Shown here in pieces: positions 45,042-53,078 of a stretch of DNA of 64,000 bases (position 1 is the stretch's first letter; each line of letters opens with the position of its first letter). The translations under genes were made by a program, and so were the position numbers. The stretch is from Bacilli bacterium (GTDB taxonomy: Bacteria; Bacillota_I; Bacilli_A; RFN20; CAG-826): NCBI GenBank assembly GCA_017635565.1, contig JAGBLE010000010.1, forward strand, positions 21,833-85,832, given 5' to 3'. Below the pieces are notes generated by a model, which was given only the letters and a program-made list of their open reading frames with translations, did not search any database and was not told where the DNA came from.

Positions 45042-47834
45042 TTAGATAATTGTTTTAACAAAGCTGTATCGCTGTAGGCACAATTCACTTTGGCCTTTTT
45101 CATCCCATGAACCAAACCTTTCAAATGAATATGGTCCGACGTTAAGCGGCTCTTCTAGTTGATCATGATGTGGTCCTAAAAGATTTCTATTTGAGACCAC
45201 TAATTCTAATTTAATATTATTTTTACCAATTTCGAGGTATTTAGATAAATCGACTTTATAATCAAACATCATTCTCTTAACAAAAACATCATTAACATAT
45301 AAGTCAATCATCTGGAATCTCTTATCGATTAACAAAGTCTTGTTTGTGTCTTTAACATCAATGTCTTGAGATAAACAAATTGTGCCTCTAAAGAATGGAT
45401 ATCCATCTTTTATAAGGCAAGAAACCTCATCTTTTTGTTTTCCTAAATAGAAATTGTTACCAACGACAACATCTTTTGTTTCTCCATCACGGAAATCACC
45501 AAAGACCCCGAAATTGCCACGTAAATAAATTGCTTCAATTGTTGTGTCATACACTAGACAGTTTTTAATTGATTCTTGGACATTTTCTCCAAAGAGTGCG
45601 TAATAAACTTGTTCAGATTCAAAGAAATTAATTTTGATAATAATTTCGTTATGTCCTTCAATAATGTTTTTAGCAATATCATATGACCATAAATCTTTTT
45701 CTAACACTGTTCCTTTTTTATTAACGACTTGTCCATTAACTTTAACTTCTAATGTATGAGTGTCTTCAAGAAGGAGTTCACATTCGCTTGGGATATCTTT
45801 TGTTTCAAATTCATACTTAAGATATAACTCTCCTTCATATCTCTCTTTTAAAAGAAGATTAAAGATGCCCATATAATGAATTTTATTTGAATAAGACTTT
45901 CCATCTTTTGAATAAGAAAGATAATCAATAGTGAGATAATTAAGCGGTTTGCCAATCACTTTAAAAGAATCAGAAAGAGTAATTAAGCTAGTTTCTTGCG
46001 TTTTTTTAGGGATTTCATTAGAGAAATAAAGAATTTTAGATTCACTATCGTTGAGATGAATGTTATTTGAAATAACTTCTTTTTCACTATTGAAAGATGA
46101 ATAACCAGGGACTTCAATTTTAATATTTGTTTCTTTTCCTAAATTAAAGATATAGATGGATGGAGTGCCATTATCAAGTATACGATAAGTAATTTTGACC
46201 GATTCACTATATTCAGATTTAAATGGCTTACTATTAATAATCTCTTCTAATGAAGAATTATTTTTCATATAGCCATGAGAATATGGTTTTCCTTCTAAAT
46301 AAGTAGGAACATCTCCTTCAATATAAAACTTTCCTCCGTTACGAGCATATTCTTCAAACAAATTCTTTGTTTCCACATCCATCGTTAAAGTTCCTTTAGG
46401 AATAACGATATATTTGTAGTGATAATCGCCAATAACTAAAGCATCACCTTCAACATGAGCGTGATGTTTCATAATTACTTCATCAAGATAATGAAATTGA
46501 ACTCCGTTATAGGTTAGGGTATTAGAAATATTACGGAAATTATCATCTAATTCTTTACATCCAAAATCTAAACCCCATTCAAGTTCTCTTTTATATGAGA
46601 AATAAGCGCTTCTAATTGGATGAAATACACCGACAGAGACCACTTCTTTTGAATTGACAAGAAGTTCGCTTATATGTGAAAAATGATCATTAAAATCTTT
46701 AAATCCTTTCTCTACCCAAGGATTAATCTTGGAATAATGTTCAGGATAATCTCTTTTTCTTTGTCCGTGTTCACTATAAGGGAGCAAATGATGGCATATA
46801 ACATTCACACCATTAACCATGTAATATTCTGCAATTCTTTTGAGTTCAAGAGGTGTGGCGTCCCAACCAGCGCAGGCAAACATTTCACATAATCCTTGTC
46901 TTTTATTAAGCTGAGCCATCGCACTTCCAATTTGTCGACCGGAAATATTATCAAATGATGGTCTTCCCAAATGATCAACGCCTGGAATTTGTTCATATTC
47001 ATAAAAAGGCATTATCCCACCATTACATAAAATTTGTTTACCAAGACCCATTTCTTCAATGTAATGACCTGTCAATTTATATCCGTTATCTTCACACCAA
47101 TCATATAATTGTTTTGCCCAACTATTGAGCATTAAATCTTGGAGTGATTTGTAATATTTATATCGATAATCTTGATAGCCTTCTTTATCAACAAAAAGTA
47201 AACCAATACGTTCAAAAACATCTTCTCCATAATGTGATAAGAAATATTCTGGGAGAACACGAGTAAAAGAAGTTCCCCATCGATAATATTGTGGTTCATC
47301 AGTAAAGAAACCCCTTAAATTACCACAAATATCATGTTTCTTATATTGTTCATGAGTCAAATCAATGAACTTTCTAACAACTTTTTCGTTCAATATATCA
47401 GCAGTGCTAGTTGAAGTATGCAAATAAATATTTAAAACATCTTCACCACTATTAACAATTTTCAAAGATTTCCCGTGATAATCATACGCCACTTTTGAAG
47501 ATGGGTCGTATTTACCATATTTATAAGACAAGTACATGTCGCGATTATATTCATCTTCAAGAAGCTTTCCACCAGCAAATCCGCTTGGCCATCCGTTTTC
47601 ATCATAAGCATAAGCTTCCATATTTAATTCTTTTGCTTTCTTTAAACATGCTTCAACACATTCAAACCACTTCTTTCCTAAATATGGAGTGGTTAGTCCT
47701 CCTCTAGCGTGCATAAAGAAACCGCCGATGCCATTTTCATGCATCCATTCAATTTGCTTTTCTAATTCTTCTGGTTCGAGTTCATCATTCCAACTCCAGA
47801 AAGGTATTGGCTTATAAATATTTTCCATGCTCAT
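45042..47834 (-). CDS. large cytoplasmic putative glycoside hydrolase (N-terminal TIM-barrel-like domain plus C-terminal jelly-roll domains); family uncertain, possibly GH106-like
   Basis: 930 aa. The N-terminus PIPFWSWNDELEPEELEKQIEWMHENGIGGFFMHARGGL resembles proteins annotated as glycosyl hydrolase with a jelly-roll fold. No signal peptide and no visible SD. Confidence 0.5.
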   Translation of the reverse strand: MSMENIYKPIPFWSWNDELEPEELEKQIEWMHENGIGGFFMHARGGLTTPYLGKKWFECVEACLKKAKELNMEAYAYDENGWPSGFAGGKLLEDEYNRDMYLSYKYGKYDPSSKVAYDYHGKSLKIVNSGEDVLNIYLHTSTSTADILNEKVVRKFIDLTHEQYKKHDICGNLRGFFTDEPQYYRWGTSFTRVLPEYFLSHYGEDVFERIGLLFVDKEGYQDYRYKYYKSLQDLMLNSWAKQLYDWCEDNGYKLTGHYIEEMGLGKQILCNGGIMPFYEYEQIPGVDHLGRPSFDNISGRQIGSAMAQLNKRQGLCEMFACAGWDATPLELKRIAEYYMVNGVNVICHHLLPYSEHGQRKRDYPEHYSKINPWVEKGFKDFNDHFSHISELLVNSKEVVSVGVFHPIRSAYFSYKRELEWGLDFGCKELDDNFRNISNTLTYNGVQFHYLDEVIMKHHAHVEGDALVIGDYHYKYIVIPKGTLTMDVETKNLFEEYARNGGKFYIEGDVPTYLEGKPYSHGYMKNNSSLEEIINSKPFKSEYSESVKITYRILDNGTPSIYIFNLGKETNIKIEVPGYSSFNSEKEVISNNIHLNDSESKILYFSNEIPKKTQETSLITLSDSFKVIGKPLNYLTIDYLSYSKDGKSYSNKIHYMGIFNLLLKERYEGELYLKYEFETKDIPSECELLLEDTHTLEVKVNGQVVNKKGTVLEKDLWSYDIAKNIIEGHNEIIIKINFFESEQVYYALFGENVQESIKNCLVYDTTIEAIYLRGNFGVFGDFRDGETKDVVVGNNFYLGKQKDEVSCLIKDGYPFFRGTICLSQDIDVKDTNKTLLIDKRFQMIDLYVNDVFVKRMMFDYKVDLSKYLEIGKNNIKLELVVSNRNLLGPHHDQLEEPLNVGPYSFERFGSWDEKGQSELCLQRYSFVKTII

Positions 47835-47908
47835 ATTTTAATTAACTAATTATTAATATTAAATCAAAAAAAAATTTTAATTTTTGGGTTCATATTGATT
47901 TTAAAAAT

Positions 47909-47937
47909 GAAATAGACCTCATTTTGAGGTCTATTTC
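47909..47937 (-). terminator. intrinsic terminator after the glucokinase/membrane-protein operon
   Basis: Perfect 12-bp stem gaaatagacctc-atttt-gaggtctatttc, 20 nt after the stop at 47957. On the minus strand it is followed by CATTTTTAAAATC, and T runs flank it on both sides. Confidence 0.8.
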
Positions 47938-47956
47938 AACATTAATGATGTTCTTC

Positions 47957-48472
47957 TTATTTTGATTTCTTGCCAGTAAAAGCAGAAACAATAACAAGGA
48001 CACCGTAAACCGCAACTAAGACTCCGACGATAATCCAGAAGGCAACGTGGAATTCAGGAACGGTGAGATAAAGAATGCCCATTGTGATTGCTAAACCACC
48101 TAAGACAATTTGTCCAATACCGTACACTAAGTTATCGGCAATTAAGGTGTAAATGCCGTATAAGGCAAGAGCACCACCAGCAGCGATAACAAATAAGACG
48201 ATAAGATAGACAACAAAGCCAAATGATAATTGTCCTAAAAGAAGAACAACACCAAAGGTTAATAAAGCAGAAAACGCTAATAACGAACCAAATGGAAGTA
48301 ATTTTGTCTTAATTAATGAAACAAGAGCAATTGTAAGGAAGAAAGCAGCTCCAATGACAAATAAGATTCCAAAATATAAATCTAAAGTTCTTGTTCCAAA
48401 AACAGCGATTAAAACACCAAGAACAATGGTAATAGCGCCTTCGACAATGGTTAATAATTTTTTGTTATCCAT
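47957..48472 (-). CDS. small multi-TM membrane protein, HdeD/DUF308-like
   Basis: Gly-rich repeated TM helices. The track start at 48529 lacks an RBS. The ATG at 48472 (MDNKKLL...) has AAAGGA upstream. Confidence 0.55.
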   Translation of the reverse strand: MDNKKLLTIVEGAITIVLGVLIAVFGTRTLDLYFGILFVIGAAFFLTIALVSLIKTKLLPFGSLLAFSALLTFGVVLLLGQLSFGFVVYLIVLFVIAAGGALALYGIYTLIADNLVYGIGQIVLGGLAITMGILYLTVPEFHVAFWIIVGVLVAVYGVLVIVSAFTGKKSK

Positions 48473-48525
48473 AATCAAATAATTTCCTTTCCGGAAATAC
48501 ATTAAAAAACTTTTTATCAAAAATA

Positions 48526-49059
48526 TCAACTATTTTTCTTTTCTTTATTGGTCTTGCTAAAGGCGATAATTTCATCAATCACTGGCGGTAAAGAAATAAC
48601 CATTAGTTCCGCAATAAGAAGATAAATGTGATGAATCGCGTGATGTTCGGTTGGGTGAATGATAAGGAGTATTCCAAAGACAATAGAAATAACTGATTCG
48701 ATTAAGAGAATAATAGCAACCACTCCCTTAACTCCACCACTAAGAACTTCATAAATATCAATCGATTGTCGAAGCATTGACCATACTGCCCAAACAATAC
48801 AGGCATAAGCAAAATCAGTTATTACTACTATCGTTGTAATTCCTAAAATTATTTCAAAAAAAGAGAATGTAAATTTGTTATTTTTGAAGCACTCTTTTTT
48901 CTCAACAAACGCAAGAACCCCGATATTTTCAACTCCATAGCCTAAAATAACCGCACCAATAAAATAAGGTAAGTTACTGACTAACTCATTCCTAAAAACA
49001 AAGATTAAAACTGAGAAAGCGATAAATAACGCTAATTTTATAAAACGATATATTTTCAT
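48526..49059 (-). CDS. multi-TM membrane protein, unknown function
   Basis: 177 aa with about 5 hydrophobic helices. The ATG at 49059 directly follows the glucokinase stop at 49060. Confidence 0.5.
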   Translation of the reverse strand: MKIYRFIKLALFIAFSVLIFVFRNELVSNLPYFIGAVILGYGVENIGVLAFVEKKECFKNNKFTFSFFEIILGITTIVVITDFAYACIVWAVWSMLRQSIDIYEVLSGGVKGVVAIILLIESVISIVFGILLIIHPTEHHAIHHIYLLIAELMVISLPPVIDEIIAFSKTNKEKKNS

Positions 49060-50010
49060 CTATTTAAATAACACCAAAGAAGCAGCACCAATCTTACCCG
49101 AATCATATCCAAGAGTACCATTAATAACATCGACTTTTGGTGATCCCCTCATTCCATAAGTGTGCTTCTCTAAGTATGCTGTTACCTTATTGGTAAGATA
49201 TTCTTTTTCATTAGCAACTCCACCAGAAAGAATAATGGCCTCTGGTCTAAAGATATTGCAGTAATTAATTAATCCTTCAGAAAGATACATAACGTATTGA
49301 TCCACTAGTGATTGTCCAATTAAATCACCTCTTTTAGCGGCTACAAAGGCATTCCTTGCATCTATTCCATTAAGTTCTTTTTCAATAATAAAAAGTAAAG
49401 AGTCTGGATGTTTTTTCATTGCTTTTTTGGTGTCTCTAATAAGTGCATTTGCAGAAGCATAAGCTTCAAAACATCCTCTTCTTCCACATCCACATAGTTC
49501 ACCATTAAGTTTTATAACCATGTGTCCTAATTCACCGCCTTGGTGTTTATTACCATCATAAATTTTTCCATTGATGATAACTCCTCCACCAACACCAGTT
49601 CCTAAAGTAATCATTAAGAGGTTTTGATAGTTCTTACCACTACCAAACTTTGCTTCTCCTAAAGCAGCAACGTTCGCGTCGTTATTAAGCATAACTGGCA
49701 ATCCAGTTTTTTTCGTCATGAATTGTTTGATGTTAAAGCCGTTCCATGTTGGAAGGTTTGGACAAGTAATAATTCTTCCTTCGTCCATATCGGCAATACC
49801 AGGAATTCCGATACCAATACCTTCAATTTTTTCTTTAAAATTTCCATCTTTAATTGCTTTATTAATAATATCGCAAAGTCTTCCAACTTCATCTTCTGGA
49901 GAATTTTCGTTATAAGCTTTCATTGAAAAACGAGAAAGTATTTCGCCATTCTCATTAACAAAAGCTCCCTTAATGGAAGTCCCACCAACATCAACACCAA
50001 TCGCTATCAT
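49060..50010 (-). CDS. ROK family sugar kinase (glucokinase-like)
   Basis: N-terminal IGVDVGGTSIKG, the ROK zinc motif GHMVIKLNGELCGCGRRGCFEAYAS, and LGTGVGGG. GAAGG RBS. Confidence 0.8.
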   Translation of the reverse strand: MIAIGVDVGGTSIKGAFVNENGEILSRFSMKAYNENSPEDEVGRLCDIINKAIKDGNFKEKIEGIGIGIPGIADMDEGRIITCPNLPTWNGFNIKQFMTKKTGLPVMLNNDANVAALGEAKFGSGKNYQNLLMITLGTGVGGGVIINGKIYDGNKHQGGELGHMVIKLNGELCGCGRRGCFEAYASANALIRDTKKAMKKHPDSLLFIIEKELNGIDARNAFVAAKRGDLIGQSLVDQYVMYLSEGLINYCNIFRPEAIILSGGVANEKEYLTNKVTAYLEKHTYGMRGSPKVDVINGTLGYDSGKIGAASLVLFK

Positions 50011-50190
50011 AGAATAAACCTTCTTTGTTTAAAAAAATTATAGAATAAAGGACTACATATTTTCAATATCATGGACATTACATTATGCGAGCACGCCTGT
50101 ATTGGATTCGAATAATATCCTACTTCAATCCAGACTCAAAAAATGACCTACTTAATACTGCGATATAAATAATTGTTTTGCCTACAATAA

Positions 50191-51408
50191 CTATTTTATT
50201 ATATTTTCTTGGCAATTAATTAATTGTCCTTTTTGTTCAATAAATTTTCTCTTTTTTAGCACAAACTTTCCGCGCACAACCGTTGATTCAATTGTAGTGT
50301 TAACAATAATGTTTTCAAAAATTGAATAATCGGTATTTCCATGTGGTTTTCCAATTGTCTGATTACACCCATTTAGAATAACAAAATCAGCGTAATTTCC
50401 CACTTTAATGGCGCTTTTACCGAAAAATTTCTCCATTTTTGATATATTTTTACTCATTTTATTTATCACAGAGTCGCCAAATATCTTATACATAATTACA
50501 AAGCTTGACTCAATCCCATCAACACCTTGCTGAGCATCTTTCATTAGGTGATATTTCTCTTTGTCTAATCTATTAAAAGCACGATGATCGGAACCTATTG
50601 AAGTGATGCATTCATAATACTTAATTAAGAGCTTTCTATCTTCCTCATCGCCAAAAGATGGGGAACAAGTATATAAATATCCATTTTTACCCTTCGCAAC
50701 TGAATCATTGAATACAAAATATCGAGGACAAGATTCAATAAAAATATTTTTGCCAATACTTTTACGATACTTATTCATCATCTCTTCTAATGCTTTTCCA
50801 TTAGAGAAATTATTCAAATATAAATTGCCGCCTGTTTGTTTAGCAATCTTGCATAATTTTAATATTGTATCTTTTCCTATTTCAGCACTTATCAACACTA
50901 GAAAATTATATTTTTTTGACAATTTAAGCATCTTTATTACGGTGTTATCTTGTATTCCAAAGTTTGTATTGAATAACTTAATGGTGTTCATGCCAAGTTT
51001 TTTCATGGTAAAAACATACTCTTCTAAATCTCCATTAGGATCTTCTAAGCAAGCGTGAAAATGATAATCAACATTACAATTTTCAGCATTTTTTAGTTTC
51101 TCATCAAAAGTTTGTCTAAGTTCTTTGGCGTTTCTACTCGGATTAAGAAAGTCCACTACTGTGGTTATTCCTCCATAGGCAGCAGACTTGCTTCCAGAAT
51201 AAAAATTATCTCTAGTTGTTGCATCAAAGTGGACATTTGGATCGATTAGCCCAGGAAGAATTTTCCTATTGGTTACATCAACAACTTCCTTTGCATCGAA
51301 AAATCCATTACCTATATATGAAATAACGCCATTAGTAACGCCTATATTTGTTTTTACAAATCGGCTGTTGAGGTAAACAAATCCGTTTTTTAAAAATAAA
51401 TCAAACAT
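50191..51408 (-). CDS. cyclic-amidohydrolase (dihydroorotase/hydantoinase)-like protein with degenerate metal ligands
   Basis: PGLIDPNVHF appears where DxHxH is expected, NTIKLF at the Lys position, ISAEIG where HAE is expected, and IGSDHRAF is retained. Confidence 0.65.
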   Translation of the reverse strand: MFDLFLKNGFVYLNSRFVKTNIGVTNGVISYIGNGFFDAKEVVDVTNRKILPGLIDPNVHFDATTRDNFYSGSKSAAYGGITTVVDFLNPSRNAKELRQTFDEKLKNAENCNVDYHFHACLEDPNGDLEEYVFTMKKLGMNTIKLFNTNFGIQDNTVIKMLKLSKKYNFLVLISAEIGKDTILKLCKIAKQTGGNLYLNNFSNGKALEEMMNKYRKSIGKNIFIESCPRYFVFNDSVAKGKNGYLYTCSPSFGDEEDRKLLIKYYECITSIGSDHRAFNRLDKEKYHLMKDAQQGVDGIESSFVIMYKIFGDSVINKMSKNISKMEKFFGKSAIKVGNYADFVILNGCNQTIGKPHGNTDYSIFENIIVNTTIESTVVRGKFVLKKRKFIEQKGQLINCQENIIK

Positions 51409-51410
51409 AA

Positions 51411-52163
51411 TTATTGTCTAAAGTATCTTTCGTTTTTTCTTAAGACAAAAAGATAAATAAATATAAAATATAGACCGACAACAACTCCACACACAATTGC
51501 AGTCATGTAGAAAATAAATAAATCAATTGATAGCGAATATATGTTTGTAACAAAAATTGTATTGAAGAAGTTAAACACAAAATGGAAAGCAATGCAGAGA
51601 GGTAACGAATAAGAATATTCGTAAATAACCGCTAGCAAGAACCCTAATCCAAAAGCGTAAACAACTTGTGTTAAAATAGAGATAAGCATATCAACAGAGC
51701 TTACATTAACAATATTTAATAAATGGAAAAGTGCAAAAATAAGAGCGCTGAAAAATATACGCTTTAATGAAGAAGCATAGACCAATGAATTTTGGATAAA
51801 TAATCTAAATAAAAATTCTTCAATAATTGCGCCTAATAGATGGAAGACAATTAATAAAAGAAGATAAGGCAAATCAACATTTAAAGTAAATTTACTGCCC
51901 GCAATTCCAGCAGCAATGATATTTGAAAAACAAATTAAAACAAATGGAATAAATAACGCTGCTCTTTTGTAATTTGCAAATTTAAAAATGTTAATTCGAT
52001 ATCTGCATAATGTATAAATATAATATGAAAGTAATAAAACTCTTAATGAAATTCGTAGGATAAGTTGTCCAATACTAGTTAATGGCAATAAATCAGTTGG
52101 AAAAGCATTAACAAAAATAAAAAGTAATGCAAACAGGAGGAGATCTAAAAATTTAAATTTCAT
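51411..52163 (-). CDS. CPBP family intramembrane glutamic endopeptidase (CAAX protease-like)
   Basis: Motifs EEFLFRLF, FALFHL and FHFVFNF in a polytopic protein. Confidence 0.75.
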   Translation of the reverse strand: MKFKFLDLLLFALLFIFVNAFPTDLLPLTSIGQLILRISLRVLLLSYYIYTLCRYRINIFKFANYKRAALFIPFVLICFSNIIAAGIAGSKFTLNVDLPYLLLLIVFHLLGAIIEEFLFRLFIQNSLVYASSLKRIFFSALIFALFHLLNIVNVSSVDMLISILTQVVYAFGLGFLLAVIYEYSYSLPLCIAFHFVFNFFNTIFVTNIYSLSIDLFIFYMTAIVCGVVVGLYFIFIYLFVLRKNERYFRQ

Positions 52164-52926
52164 CGGCTTGTTCCTCTACTTGTTTTGGCATTTTCTTTTT
52201 CAAAAATATATAAAGTGGAATAGCAAATATAATCGCTATTAAGCATATGATTTGCGACGGAGACAAAGGACCAACTTGTCCTCTTTCGTCTCCTCTAAAA
52301 AATTCGATAATAAATCTGAAAATTCCGTAAAAAATAGCGTAAATGACGAAAGTATAAGAGAAATTATATTTGAATGACAAAATTATTAATCCGATTGATA
52401 ATGTGAATAAAAATATACTTTCAATGAGCTGAGTAGGAACAAGTGGATGGTCATGACCAGGGAACATCATTCCATTGCCATTTACTGCTTCAATTCCATA
52501 GCAGCATCCCGCTAATAAACAGCCAATTCTTCCAAAAGCGTGAGCCAAGGTAATACATGCAGGGGCAATAATTACAACCTTGCTCAATATTGGCTTATTA
52601 TGCCTCAAATAATAAAATTTATAAATCAAAATGAAGGTTGGAACTCCACCGATTAATCCACCATAAAAAGTCATTGCCCATGTCCATGATTGTGCTTCTC
52701 CACTAATCGCATGTTTTATCGCTTCATAAACATTTTCAAATAAGATAGCAAAAACCACACCCATAAAGATTGTGGCTAATGAGACAATAGCTAAATCAAG
52801 AAACGAATTTGATGGAACGCCTTTTTTATATAAGAAAATGAAAAGTAATGTTAGAGCAGCAATTACCCCAACAATAATCATAAACACATAAGAGAAATCA
52901 TTAATTCCAAATAAATTAGGATACAT
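52153..52926 (-). CDS. lgt: prolipoprotein diacylglyceryl transferase
   Basis: FYGGLIGG and HAFGRIGCLLAGCCYG motifs in a 7-TM layout of 257 aa. Confidence 0.85.
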   Translation of the reverse strand: MYPNLFGINDFSYVFMIIVGVIAALTLLFIFLYKKGVPSNSFLDLAIVSLATIFMGVVFAILFENVYEAIKHAISGEAQSWTWAMTFYGGLIGGVPTFILIYKFYYLRHNKPILSKVVIIAPACITLAHAFGRIGCLLAGCCYGIEAVNGNGMMFPGHDHPLVPTQLIESIFLFTLSIGLIILSFKYNFSYTFVIYAIFYGIFRFIIEFFRGDERGQVGPLSPSQIICLIAIIFAIPLYIFLKKKMPKQVEEQADEI

Positions 52927-53041
52927 ATTACAATCATTTTACTCTTATTTTCATTTAAGAGAAATACAAACAATAAATTGCTTGTATCACTTTCAAAAAT
53001 TAGCATAATTTCTCTAATTTAGTTACTTTGAAGTACCAAAA

Positions 53042-53072
53042 AAGGATTAACCTTATTAAATAGCCAATCCTT
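53042..53072 (-). terminator. intrinsic terminator after the Fe-S flavoprotein gene
   Basis: aaggatt-(17-nt loop)-aatcctt begins 7 nt after the stop at 53079. On the minus strand the stem is followed by TTTTTTTGG. Confidence 0.6.
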
Positions 53073-53078
53073 CATTTT

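Noticed and set aside
50080-50150. Relatively GC-rich patch with a TTCGAAT/ATTCGAATCC string that looks like a tRNA T-loop (possible tRNA fragment or att site)
   Set aside because: The flanking bases do not form a T stem on either strand. No acceptor or anticodon arms can be drawn. Only a 6-bp tggatt/aatcca stem with an 18-nt loop is present.
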